A stretch of DNA of 63,645 nucleotides, the filler included. It is 4 parts of 4 records of this genome, joined end to end, with 100 filler letters (N's around TTAATTAATTAA, not from the genome) between each part and the next. Parts side by side here need not be neighbours in the genome. Positions count along the whole stretch, not along the records: positions 46,854 to 63,645 come from DRR723986_9587; 3 more parts are not named here. One strand, given 5' to 3'. Positions 49,441-58,791 of this stretch are shown here, in pieces (positions within the stretch are counted from its first letter, which is position 1; the number at the start of each line of letters is the position of its first letter). Below the pieces are notes generated by a model. The model was given only the letters and a program-made list of their open reading frames with translations. It made no database searches and was not told the DNA's origin. Both the position numbers and the translations under genes were made by a program.

Positions 49441-50868
49441 CTAGTCCCCCAATACCCAAGTGTCTTTGGTGCCGCCGCCCTGGCTGGAATTCACCACCAG
49501 AGAGCCTTTCTTGAGCGCGACGCGGGTCAGGCCGCCGGGCGTGATCTCTATCTTGTTGGGGGACACCAGCACAAAGGGGCGCAGATCCACATGACGCGGC
49601 GCAAGCCCCGCCTTGGTCAGGATCGGCACGGTCGACAAGGCCAGAGTGGGTTGCGCGATGTAGTTCGAGGGCCGCGCGCGCAGCTTCTTTTCGAAGGCGG
49701 CCAGTTCTTTCCTGGACGCGGCGGGGCCGACAAGCATCCCGTAGCCGCCCGATCCATGCACCTCCTTGACCACCAGTTCGGACAGGTGATCGAGCACATA
49801 GGCAAGCGAATCCTCCTCTGAACAGCGCCAGGTCGGCACGTTTTGCAGGATTGCCCGTTCACCGGTGTAGAACTCGACGATGTCAGGCATATAGCTGTAA
49901 AGCGCCTTGTCATCGGCGATGCCTGTGCCCGGCGCATTGGCGATGGTGATGCCGCCCGCACGGTAGACATCCATGATGCCCGGCACCCCAAGCAGGCTGT
50001 CGGGATTGAAGGTCAGCGGGTCGAGATAGTCGTCATCCACGCGCCGGTAGAGCACGTCAATCGGGTGGTAGCCTTGCGTCGTGCGCATCGCGACACGGCC
50101 GTTTTCCACCACCAGATCGTGGCTTTCGACCAGTTCCGCCCCCATCTGATCGGCCAGAAACGCGTGTTCGAAATAGGCAGAGTTGTGGATGCCGGGGGTC
50201 AGCACCGCCACTGTGGGCTTGTCGGTCAGCCCCTCGGGCGCGCAATCGGCCAGAGAGCGGCGCAGAAGCTGCGGATAGGCGCTGACCGGACGCACCTTCA
50301 GGCGGCTGAACAGTTCAGGGAACATCTGCAACATGGTTTCTCGGTTTTCCAGCATATAGCTGACACCGGACGGGGTGCGGGCGTTGTCCTCCAGCACGAA
50401 GAACTCGTTCTCGCCGGTGCGTACCAGATCGGTGCCGACGATATGGGTGTAGACGCCGCCGGGCGGGTTCACCCCGATCATTTCCGGCAGAAACGCCGAG
50501 TTCTTCGAGATGATTTCCTTTGGGATGCGGCCTGCACGCAGGATTTCCTGTCGGTGATAGATGTCATGCAGGAAGGCGTTGATGGCACGCACCCGCTGTT
50601 CGATGCCGCGTTCCAGCGTGGTCCATTCGCGCGCCGAGATGATGCGCGGAACGATGTCGAAGGGGATCAGCCGTTCGTCCGCCTCGTCCTGTCCATAGAC
50701 ATTGAAGGTGATCCCGATCCGTCGGAAGAAGGCTTCGGCCTCGGTCGATTTGCGGCGCAGATCCTTCAGATCCTCGTTCGCAAACCATTGGAAATAGGAC
50801 TCATAGGGGGGGCGGGGCTGGTTCGCGTGTTCCAGCATCTCATCGAAGGTTGGAGCGTTGTCTGCCAT
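49441..50868 (-). CDS. Circularly permuted type-2 ATP-grasp ligase
   Basis: GITFNVY, PFDIVPR, VLEDNARTPSGVSY, SGGYGM, VNSSQGGGTKDTW. Confidence 0.94.
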   Translation of the reverse strand: MADNAPTFDEMLEHANQPRPPYESYFQWFANEDLKDLRRKSTEAEAFFRRIGITFNVYGQDEADERLIPFDIVPRIISAREWTTLERGIEQRVRAINAFLHDIYHRQEILRAGRIPKEIISKNSAFLPEMIGVNPPGGVYTHIVGTDLVRTGENEFFVLEDNARTPSGVSYMLENRETMLQMFPELFSRLKVRPVSAYPQLLRRSLADCAPEGLTDKPTVAVLTPGIHNSAYFEHAFLADQMGAELVESHDLVVENGRVAMRTTQGYHPIDVLYRRVDDDYLDPLTFNPDSLLGVPGIMDVYRAGGITIANAPGTGIADDKALYSYMPDIVEFYTGERAILQNVPTWRCSEEDSLAYVLDHLSELVVKEVHGSGGYGMLVGPAASRKELAAFEKKLRARPSNYIAQPTLALSTVPILTKAGLAPRHVDLRPFVLVSPNKIEITPGGLTRVALKKGSLVVNSSQGGGTKDTWVLGD

Positions 50869-50978
50869 GTCACCACTATGAGTTAGTTTCGGGACTAATC
50901 AATTGGCAAATGCATCCATCCCGGATGCAAGCTGATCGACGGCCACCAAGGATCGGGGTTCTGGCGGTGCCGTCAAAC

Positions 50979-51016
50979 TGCCTGCCAAGCGGGCGTTGGC
51001 GCCCGTTTTTTGGTCA
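50979..51016. promoter_or_regulatory. Tandem NtrC-like boxes upstream of the Anbu operon
   Basis: TGCC-N9-GGC, 5 nt, CGCC-N9-GTC, 21 bp apart; resembles the Rhodobacter NtrC pattern CGCC-N9-GGC in tandem. Confidence 0.4.
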
Positions 51017-51106
51017 TATGATGAAAATGCGGCGGCCTCGGACGCTTGACGCAGGGCATGGGAGCACATTGGATGGGCGGCAGGGACAGTCAGAGGATCA
51101 CCTGCG

Positions 51107-51724
51107 ATGTTGCAGCACCTGCTTGCCAGAAACACCACATGGGCCAACAGCAAGCGGCAGGCGGATCCGGCCTATTTCCAGCGCATGGCCCAGGGGCAGC
51201 GGCCCAGTTATTTCTGGATCGGCTGTTCCGACAGCCGGGTGCCGGAAAACGTGGTGGGCGGGCTCGACCCCGGCGAGATCTTCGTGCATCGCAACGTGGC
51301 GAACCTCGTCCACTCGACCGATTTCAACCTGCTGAGCGCATTGGAGTTTGCCATCGACGTTCTCGGCATTCGAGAGGTCATCGTCTGTGGCCATACCGGG
51401 TGCGGGGGGGTAGCCGCCGCCAGCCAGGGGCTGGTGAACGGACTGGCCGACCATTGGCTAGAAGCCTTGCGCCGTCTGGCCCGGCGCAATACGGACGATC
51501 TGGCGGCCTTTCCCGAAGGCCCCGCCCGCAACGACCGGCTGGCAGAGCTGAGCGTGATCGACGCCGTGGAGCGTCTGGCGGAAACCCCGGTGCTGCAACA
51601 GGCCTGGGCGCGCGGGGACCGGGTTTCCGTCCACGGGCTGATCTACCGTCTGTCCGAGGGAGAGCTGCAAAACCTTGACGTAACGGTGACGGGCGCGCAT
51701 CTGGACCGGGATGGAACGGGGTAG
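51107..51724 (+). CDS. Beta-class carbonic anhydrase
   Basis: IGCSDSRV, FVHRNVAN, VCGHTGCGG zinc ligands. Confidence 0.95.
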   Translation: MLQHLLARNTTWANSKRQADPAYFQRMAQGQRPSYFWIGCSDSRVPENVVGGLDPGEIFVHRNVANLVHSTDFNLLSALEFAIDVLGIREVIVCGHTGCGGVAAASQGLVNGLADHWLEALRRLARRNTDDLAAFPEGPARNDRLAELSVIDAVERLAETPVLQQAWARGDRVSVHGLIYRLSEGELQNLDVTVTGAHLDRDGTG

Positions 51725-51736
51725 AGAGGGCAGGAC

Positions 51737-52249
51737 ATGAAAATCGGATACGTGATGTCGCCGGGGCGTGGCGATGTGGACCGGGTGCTTGGCCGCTTTG
51801 TTGAAACGCTGATGGCGCGCGGTGTGGATGTCGCGGGTGTGGTGCAGACCAACACCGACTGTGGCCCGGCGAAAGCCTGTGACATGGATGTGGAGGTGCT
51901 GCCCTCTGGCCCGGTGCTGCGGATCTCGCAGGATCTGGGGCCGGGGTCGCGCGGCTGCCGTCTGAACCCCGATGCGCTGGAACAGGCCGTGGGGCTGGTC
52001 GGGCAGCGGCTGACGGCAGATACGCGGCTGCTGGTCGTCAACAAGTTCGGCAAGCAGGAATCCGAAGGCCGCGGCTTTCGCGAAGTGATCGGCGCGGCAT
52101 TGGCGCAGGATGTTCCGGTGGTGGTGGGGCTGAACGGGCTTAATCGCGCACCGTTCGAGGCGTTCTGCGGCGGTATGGCCGAGGCGCTGACCCCGGATGT
52201 TCAGGCGTTGTTGGACTGGTTTGAAGAGGGGCCGGTGGCGGTCGGTTGA
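51737..52249 (+). CDS. DUF2478 family protein
   Basis: ISQDLGPGSRGCRL, NKFGKQE.EGRG. Confidence 0.88.
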   Translation: MKIGYVMSPGRGDVDRVLGRFVETLMARGVDVAGVVQTNTDCGPAKACDMDVEVLPSGPVLRISQDLGPGSRGCRLNPDALEQAVGLVGQRLTADTRLLVVNKFGKQESEGRGFREVIGAALAQDVPVVVGLNGLNRAPFEAFCGGMAEALTPDVQALLDWFEEGPVAVG

Positions 52250-52254
52250 CCAAA

Positions 52255-52776
52255 CTAATGGTTTTCCATTGAGTGAACCCATATTTCCGCCTCGGGTTCA
52301 TGCGGGGCCAGAGTTCCATCCGTGATGGCGCCGAGCCTTCGAGCCACAGATTGAGAGCGCGTATTCTCTCGGTCTATGTAGCTGTAGAGCCGGTCAAGCC
52401 CAAGCTCACTGGCTGCCCATTTTTTGACGGCAATCGCGGCTTCGGTAGCATAGCCTTTACCCTCTGCACCTTCGAACAAATGCCATGCCAGCTCTATCTC
52501 CGGCCAGTCGGAATGCCGGATCAAGCCCACGCGACCGATCGGTTTCCCCGACTGTCGTTCAACAACCATAAAGAAACCGAAGCCATGCCAGTGCCAGTGA
52601 CCTATGCCAATCATGAAACCGAACCAGGCCTGTTCGGCTGACGCCGTCTCTCCTTGCGCCGCCAATGACGGGGCGCTGGTCATGAAGCGTGTGAATTCTG
52701 GCAGGTCTTCTCGTTTTGGCCCGCGCAAGGTCAAGCGTTCGGTCGACAAGGTCGGGGCGGTCGTGAGATCTGTCAT
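52255..52776 (-). CDS. GNAT (RimJ/RimL-like) acetyltransferase
   Basis: L.TERLTLR, GKGYATEAA, N.RS..VARRLG. Confidence 0.9.
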   Translation of the reverse strand: MTDLTTAPTLSTERLTLRGPKREDLPEFTRFMTSAPSLAAQGETASAEQAWFGFMIGIGHWHWHGFGFFMVVERQSGKPIGRVGLIRHSDWPEIELAWHLFEGAEGKGYATEAAIAVKKWAASELGLDRLYSYIDRENTRSQSVARRLGAITDGTLAPHEPEAEIWVHSMENH

Positions 52777-52887
52777 TGGACACCTTCTCCAGTCGCTGCA
52801 CCGGGATTGGCATGGCTTTGTCTGGCTGAAGCCGAAAGGAAGCCTCGGGCTTCCGGCGCACGGGTCATATTTGCCCGCTGGCGTGGC

Positions 52888-53124
52888 TTAAAACGCCTTG
52901 AAGGTCAGCGTTGTCAGCGTTCGCTCGATCCCTGGCACGTCGCAGAGACGCTCGTTGATGTAGCGGCCGATATCTTCCTCAGCCGGGATGATGAGCTTAA
53001 CCATCAGGTCATATTCGCCCGAGGTGGAGAAGAGCTCGGCATGGATCTCCTTCAGGACGATATTGAAGGCCACGTCATAGGTTGTGCCGGGTTTGCACCT
53101 GATCTGGACGAGTACGGTCTGCAT
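52888..53124 (-). CDS. Stand-alone Lrp/AsnC ligand-binding domain protein
   Basis: STSGEYDLMVK, PGIERTLT..TFKAF; no HTH. Confidence 0.85.
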   Translation of the reverse strand: MQTVLVQIRCKPGTTYDVAFNIVLKEIHAELFSTSGEYDLMVKLIIPAEEDIGRYINERLCDVPGIERTLTTLTFKAF

Positions 53125-53223
53125 ATGGGAATCCTGCGAATTGCGTGCCTCAAGAAGACCCTTCTTTCGTGCCGGGATCAACCCGGACTATCCCGAGGCG
53201 TGGCAACGGGTTAGGGTTCGCGC

Positions 53224-54153
53224 ATGGAAAACGCGCTGCCCTTTCGGTTGCTGCTGCTGCCCGGCTTTGATCTGGCGGCGCTGGGCGCTGTGTCGACGGT
53301 GCTGACCGAGGCGGCGGTCAATTTTCAGACCACGGCAGTGACGGGGCCGTCCGTTCCGGGGGACAGCGGTGTGCATGTGGCCCATGGCGGGCCGGTGCCA
53401 GCTATGGACCCGGGTGATACGCTGGTTGTTTTCAGCGGTCTGGTGCTGTCGGATCTGGACCGGGAGGGCGCGTTGGCGGCGCTGCGCCGGGCGCGGCGGC
53501 AGGGCGGGCGGATCTGGGCTGTGGGCGGCGGGGTCTGGCTGCTGGCGCAACTGGACCTGCCGCCGGAAACGGTTCTATCGGTGAACCCGGACACCGCCGA
53601 AGCACTGGCCACGATGCGCCGCAAACCGGCACTTACGGATGCGCCATTTGTATGGACGCCGGAGATGGCCACCGCGCGGGCCGCCCATGCTGCGGCCCTG
53701 ATGCGCTATGATCTGGCGATAGATCGCGGCGCTGGCGCGGATGAAGCGCCTCTGTCGTCCGTCAATAGGGACGCAGAGGCCGCGCGGTCGCAGCTGTTGC
53801 CGCTGGAGGACAGGTATCCGACGCGGCACAAGGTGGTGGTTGCGGGGCTGCAGATCATGCGTGCGAACCTGTTTCGGCCGGTATCCGTTGCGGCGCTGGC
53901 CTTGTCACTCGGTCTTTCGCAGCGGCAATTGGAGCGGCTTTTTGAAAAGGAACTGGGTGACACGCCCGGTCCGATCTACCGCGAAATGCGGCTGGAGGCG
54001 GCGCGGATCGAGGTGCGGCAGGGCCGCCGCCCGATGCAGGACATCGCCCATGATTTCGGTTTCACCTCTGGCAGTTTCTCCAAGACCTATCAGCGCCAGT
54101 TCGGCGTGACGCCCTCGACCGACCGGCGTGCGGCCATTGGCGGGGCGGTTTGA
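53224..54153 (+). CDS. GlxA-like AraC regulator with divergent DJ-1 domain
   Basis: LLLLPGF N-terminus; LSQRQLERLF..P...Y...RL and IA..FGF....FSK.Y..QFG.TP double HTH. Confidence 0.82.
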   Translation: MENALPFRLLLLPGFDLAALGAVSTVLTEAAVNFQTTAVTGPSVPGDSGVHVAHGGPVPAMDPGDTLVVFSGLVLSDLDREGALAALRRARRQGGRIWAVGGGVWLLAQLDLPPETVLSVNPDTAEALATMRRKPALTDAPFVWTPEMATARAAHAAALMRYDLAIDRGAGADEAPLSSVNRDAEAARSQLLPLEDRYPTRHKVVVAGLQIMRANLFRPVSVAALALSLGLSQRQLERLFEKELGDTPGPIYREMRLEAARIEVRQGRRPMQDIAHDFGFTSGSFSKTYQRQFGVTPSTDRRAAIGGAV

Positions 54154-54207
54154 CCGCTTGACCCTGTGCGCCCGCCCGCCATGCTGGCCGCGACAACGGA
54201 GGATCGG

Positions 54208-55257
54208 ATGAGCGAGACGAAACGCGGCGGGCCGCTGGCGGGCCTGAAAGTGGTGGAGATGGTGGGGCTTGGTCCCGGTCCCTTCGCGGGGATGCTGCTG
54301 GCCGATATGGGGGCCGAGGTGGTGGGCATCGACCGGCCCGGCGGTGTCTCGATCAACCTGCCGCATGACATCTGTCGTCGGGGCAAGCGGTTTATCGAAG
54401 TGGATGTAAAGACACCGGCTGGTCGTGCGACGGTGCTGGACGAACTCGCCAGCGCCGATGTGCTGATCGAGGGCAACCGCCCCGGCGTGATGGAACGGCT
54501 GGGGTTGGGGCCGGAGGATTGCTGGCAGACCAACCCGCGCCTTGTCTATGGCCGCATGACCGGGTGGGGGCAGGAAGGGCCGCTGGCGCAGGCGGCGGGG
54601 CATGATCTGAACTATATCGCGCTGGCCGGTGCGCTGCACCCAATGGGCGAGCCGGACTCGCCGCCCCCGGTTCCGATGAACCTTGTGGGCGATTATGGCG
54701 GTGGAGCGATGTTCTTGGCCTTCGGCGTCATGGCGGCGGTCTATGAGGCGCAGCGGTCGGGCAAGGGGCAGGTCGTGGATGCGGCGATGGTCGATGGCGC
54801 CTCGCTGATGATGAGCATGTTTCATTCGCTGCGCGCCTCTGGCTGGTGGGCGGAGGAGCGGGGGGCGAACTTCCTCGATGGCGGGGCGCATTTCTATGGC
54901 TGCTATGCCTGTTCTGACGGGCTGTTCGTCTCTGTCGGCGCGATCGAGACACCGTTCATGAAGGTGCTGATCGACAAGGCCGGGCTGCCTGCTGACTGGC
55001 TCGACAAACACATGGACCGAGAGGCGTGGCCTGCCTTGAAGGCAGAGTTGGCGGCGCTTTTCGCAACCCGTTCGCGGGCGGACTGGTGCGCGCTGCTGGA
55101 AGGCTCGGACGCCTGTTTCGCCCCGGTTCTGCCGTTCTGGGAAGCACCCGATCACCCCCATGCGCTGGCACGAAACGCGTTCATTCGGCGCGAAAATGTG
55201 GTAGAACCTGCCCCCGCGCCGCGCTTTTCGCGGACGAAACCCGATTTGTCGAAATAG
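54208..55257 (+). CDS. CaiB/BaiF CoA-transferase family (alpha-methylacyl-CoA racemase-like)
   Basis: GPLAGLKVVE..GPGPF, GHDLNY, GDYGGG, DAAMVDG; GGAGG RBS. Confidence 0.92.
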   Translation: MSETKRGGPLAGLKVVEMVGLGPGPFAGMLLADMGAEVVGIDRPGGVSINLPHDICRRGKRFIEVDVKTPAGRATVLDELASADVLIEGNRPGVMERLGLGPEDCWQTNPRLVYGRMTGWGQEGPLAQAAGHDLNYIALAGALHPMGEPDSPPPVPMNLVGDYGGGAMFLAFGVMAAVYEAQRSGKGQVVDAAMVDGASLMMSMFHSLRASGWWAEERGANFLDGGAHFYGCYACSDGLFVSVGAIETPFMKVLIDKAGLPADWLDKHMDREAWPALKAELAALFATRSRADWCALLEGSDACFAPVLPFWEAPDHPHALARNAFIRRENVVEPAPAPRFSRTKPDLSK

Positions 55258-55273
55258 AAACGAAGGAGATTTA

Positions 55274-56014
55274 ATGACCAGAGTTCTTTGCGAAACATTT
55301 GATACTTATGCAATTCTTACCCTCAACAGGCCTGCGCGCCGCAATGTTCTGGGTGCGCAGACTGCCGAAGATATTCAGACCCATCTGACCGCTTTGGCCG
55401 AAAACAATACCTGCCGCTCGGTGATCTTAACCGGGGCCGGGAAGGGCTTTTGCGCGGGCAGCGACCTGCGCGAGCTTGCGGCGCTCGACCGGGACGGGCG
55501 CGTGGCGCACGAGGCCACGACCGCTGCTGCGGTGCGGGCGATTTCGGCCCATCCCGTACCGGTGATCGCGGCGGTTGAGGGCCACGCGCTTGGCGGTGGC
55601 TTCGTGCTGGCCACGGCCTGCGATCTGGTGGTGACGGGACGCTCGGCCAGATGGGCGATGCCAGAGGTGCCCAAGGGGTTCTTTCCACCTTGGGGGATGG
55701 CCCCGCTGGTGGCGCGGGTCGGGCTTTCGCGCGCCAAGTTGATCGTGTTGGGTATAGAAGAGTTCAACGGCGAGGACGCGGTGAAAGCCGGGGTGGCCGA
55801 CCAACTGACCTGGGATGAAAAGGCGCTGGAGTCCGCCAAGGGTGCGGCCATGCGCATCGCCATGCTGCCCGACAGCGCCACACGCAAGGTAAAGCGCTTC
55901 TTCGGACAGAAGATGACCGCGCAGGCCGAGGCGATGGATGCCGAGGCAAGCGCGCTCTTTGCCGAGGATTGCGACGGCCCCGCCGCTGAGGGCACATTCC
56001 GCAGGTTTCGCTAA
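55274..56014 (+). CDS. Enoyl-CoA hydratase/isomerase family protein
   Basis: LNRP..RN, FCAGSDL, ALGGG, MPEV. Confidence 0.9.
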   Translation: MTRVLCETFDTYAILTLNRPARRNVLGAQTAEDIQTHLTALAENNTCRSVILTGAGKGFCAGSDLRELAALDRDGRVAHEATTAAAVRAISAHPVPVIAAVEGHALGGGFVLATACDLVVTGRSARWAMPEVPKGFFPPWGMAPLVARVGLSRAKLIVLGIEEFNGEDAVKAGVADQLTWDEKALESAKGAAMRIAMLPDSATRKVKRFFGQKMTAQAEAMDAEASALFAEDCDGPAAEGTFRRFR

Positions 56015-56077
56015 GCTGCAACCGGGGCGTGTGCTTTGCGGTTTCACTCTCTGCCTGCTTTCGGGTAGAACACGGCC

Positions 56078-57082
56078 ATGGGTGCTGTGACCTCTCTTTT
56101 CGTGCGCAAGGTGGTGCGGGCCGCCGGTCAGGCGATTGACGCTGACGCGGTGCTGGCCTCGGTCGGGCTGGACCCAAGGGGCGACGCCGAGGTCGGGCAG
56201 ATGATCTCGGACGCGGCCTATTACGATATGCTGGAACGGATCGCGGGCGACATGGGCGGCGGATGGGCCTTGCCGGTCCGGACCGGGGCCAGCATGGAAT
56301 GTGACGACTATGGCGCCTTCGGACTGGCGTGGAAAACCGCGCCGACGTTGCGCGGGTCTTTCGCGCGGTCCGAACGCTATTGGCGGCTGTTGACCAGTGT
56401 CACGGAATACGAGTTGCGGCAGGAGGCTGAAGGCGCGTGGTTCCTGTTGCACCGGGCGGGGCTGCGGCGTTTGGGGCTGCGCCTGTCGAACGAGGCGTCG
56501 CTGGCCAGTGTCCTGTCAATCAGCAGGCAGGTCTCGCCCTTGCCGGTCACGCCGCTGGAGGTGCGGTTTCAGCACCCCGCGCCGCCTGATCTGTCCGCGC
56601 ATAACGCTTTTTTCGGCTGCCCGATCGAGTTCGAGGCCGATCGGGACGGCCTGCTGTTTTCGACTGACGCCCTGACCCGCCGCAACCGGATGGGGGACGA
56701 GGCGATCACCCGCTTTCTGCTGCCGCATCTGGATGTGGAACTGAAACGGCTGGAAGCCGAGCGGAGCCTGACCGAGATGGTTCATGACGCGGTGGCCGGG
56801 TCGTTGAGCGACGGGGTGCCGAAGATGCCCGCCATTGCCCGCCGGATGGGAATGAGCGAACGAACGCTTCAGCGGCGGTTGAGCGAGGAGGGGCTGTCGT
56901 TTCAGGCGCTGGTCGATAGCGCGCGCCGTGATCTGGCAGAGGGGCTGCTGATGCAGAGCGACTATTCGCTGGCAGAGGTCGCCTTCCTGACCGGGTTTTC
57001 CGAACAGAGCGCCTTCACGCGGGCCTTCAAACGCTGGTCGAGCCAGACGCCCGCAGCCTATCGCTGTGCGAAAAGGGGCTGA
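56078..57082 (+). CDS. AraC-family regulator (Arabinose_bd_2-type N-domain)
   Basis: YGAFGLAWKTAPTL, MSERTLQRRL, GFSEQSAFTRAFKRW. Confidence 0.92.
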   Translation: MGAVTSLFVRKVVRAAGQAIDADAVLASVGLDPRGDAEVGQMISDAAYYDMLERIAGDMGGGWALPVRTGASMECDDYGAFGLAWKTAPTLRGSFARSERYWRLLTSVTEYELRQEAEGAWFLLHRAGLRRLGLRLSNEASLASVLSISRQVSPLPVTPLEVRFQHPAPPDLSAHNAFFGCPIEFEADRDGLLFSTDALTRRNRMGDEAITRFLLPHLDVELKRLEAERSLTEMVHDAVAGSLSDGVPKMPAIARRMGMSERTLQRRLSEEGLSFQALVDSARRDLAEGLLMQSDYSLAEVAFLTGFSEQSAFTRAFKRWSSQTPAAYRCAKRG

Positions 57083-57180
57083 CGGGTTCGGTCAAAGGCT
57101 TGGCAGGTGGGGTCAAGCCGGGGCGGGGGGACGCGTGGCAAGAGGGGCACAGCCTGATTGTCCCAGAAAGGAGCCCTGAT

Positions 57181-57639
57181 ATGACCCTGTCCCGACTGAC
57201 CAAACCCGTACTTGTGATCGCTGGCCTGACCGCGATTGTGATCTCGCTGGCCATTCTTGTCGCCCCGGCGGCGTTTTACGAAAGCTACGGCATTGCGCTT
57301 GGCGATGACCCGAGCCTGCTGAACGAGCTGTCAGCGCCCGCGCTGATGCTACTTTTGGCCGGTGCCGTCATGCTGGCCGGTGTTGTCCGGCACGCGCTGA
57401 CCCGGCCCGCCCTGTGGCTGGCGGCGGGGCTTTACACGGCCTACGCCCTGTCGCGCGGGCTGAATATGGCCCTGCATGGCCTGCCCCATGACGGGCTGAT
57501 CATGGCCGCCGGGATCGAGGCCGCCATCGGCGGGCTGGCCATTGCAGCGCTGCTGCGTTCAGTTCACCGCCCGTTGCGCCACGGCATGTCCCTCGGTGAT
57601 CGCGGCGGACGGGTAGAGGATCACGGTTTCGGCCTCTGA
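57181..57639 (+). CDS. DUF4345-like membrane protein
   Basis: AAGGAG RBS, 4 TMs, P.AFY..YGI, NEL.AP; 3' end overlaps the convergent adaptor gene. Confidence 0.7.
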   Translation: MTLSRLTKPVLVIAGLTAIVISLAILVAPAAFYESYGIALGDDPSLLNELSAPALMLLLAGAVMLAGVVRHALTRPALWLAAGLYTAYALSRGLNMALHGLPHDGLIMAAGIEAAIGGLAIAALLRSVHRPLRHGMSLGDRGGRVEDHGFGL

Positions 57640-58785
57640 CAGGCCCGAGACGACCTCTGCCTCGATGCCATTGTTGTGGCCGATCTCTACCGGGCGGGTG
57701 GTGGCTGTGCCGTTTTCCACGACGAAGACGGCCCATCCGCCAGCCGCCCGGAACAGTGCCGCAGAGGGCACGATCAGCGCATCGGCATCTTCCCAGACGA
57801 CAATGCGCAGCTCTACCCGGAAGCCATGGCCAAGCCCCTCGCGATCTTCGCCCGGACCGGTGAAATCAACCTGCACATTGACCCGCTGTTCCTGCACCCC
57901 GAGCGCTGAATATTGCGTGGTGCCGAACGGGTCGATCCGGGTCACGACACCGGGCAGGGGAACTGGCTGGCCCCAGTTTTCGATGATCACCCGGTCGCCG
58001 GGGCTGACCTGAACAGCATCGGTGGACAAAAGCGCGACGGTCACTGCCAGATCGCCCTCGATATTGCCGATCTCCATGATCGGCGTGCCCGCGCCAAGGG
58101 TGGTTTCGCTTTGCTGGATCACTTGCAGGATGGTGCCATCGGCGGGCGCCATCAGCGGAATGGCGTGATCGTCATTGGCAATTGCCCCCCACAGCCCCTG
58201 ATCGTCAAAGCTGATCAGCCGGGCCTGCGCGATGTCGAGATCGGCCTCTCGCATCGCAATCGCGGCCTCGGCGGTATCAACGGTGGCATCCGTCGCGCGG
58301 GCCTCTCGTTGTGCGCGTTCCAGTGCTGCGGCACTGACGGTGCCGCTTTCGGCCAGCTGCTGTGTGCGGTCCAGATCGGCCTGCGCCAGATCCTGATTGG
58401 CGAGCGCCGCGTTGCGGTCTGCCTGCGCCACGCGCAGCGCGGCCTCGGCGGCCGCCACCGCAGCGCGGGCCTGTTCGCGCGACGAGATGTCGAGTGCGGC
58501 GGGGTTCAGTGGCTCCATCACCGCGACCTGCGTCTGGCCACGGGTGACGGGATCGCCCGGCTCGACCTCGACCCGCAGAAGCCGCCCGGCCACGGGGGTC
58601 GAGACGACATAGGCATCGCGCACCTGTGTGCGGCCTTCCTCGTCGATGGTCTGCATCATCGCCCCGCGCGCCACGGTGCCAAGGTCCACCAGCGTCGGCT
58701 GCGGCCAGAAGGCGGCGGTCAGAGCGCCTGCCACGATGACAATCGCGCCAAGGGTGAGGGGCAGTCTGGAACGTCTGCGGGCCAT
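57559..58785 (-). CDS. Efflux periplasmic adaptor (HlyD/MacA-like)
   Basis: N-terminal TM, DEEGRT, hairpin coiled coil, SALGVQEQRV, VPSAALFR. Confidence 0.9.
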   Translation of the reverse strand: MARRRSRLPLTLGAIVIVAGALTAAFWPQPTLVDLGTVARGAMMQTIDEEGRTQVRDAYVVSTPVAGRLLRVEVEPGDPVTRGQTQVAVMEPLNPAALDISSREQARAAVAAAEAALRVAQADRNAALANQDLAQADLDRTQQLAESGTVSAAALERAQREARATDATVDTAEAAIAMREADLDIAQARLISFDDQGLWGAIANDDHAIPLMAPADGTILQVIQQSETTLGAGTPIMEIGNIEGDLAVTVALLSTDAVQVSPGDRVIIENWGQPVPLPGVVTRIDPFGTTQYSALGVQEQRVNVQVDFTGPGEDREGLGHGFRVELRIVVWEDADALIVPSAALFRAAGGWAVFVVENGTATTRPVEIGHNNGIEAEVVSGLSEAETVILYPSAAITEGHAVAQRAVN

Positions 58786-58791
58786 GCGGAA

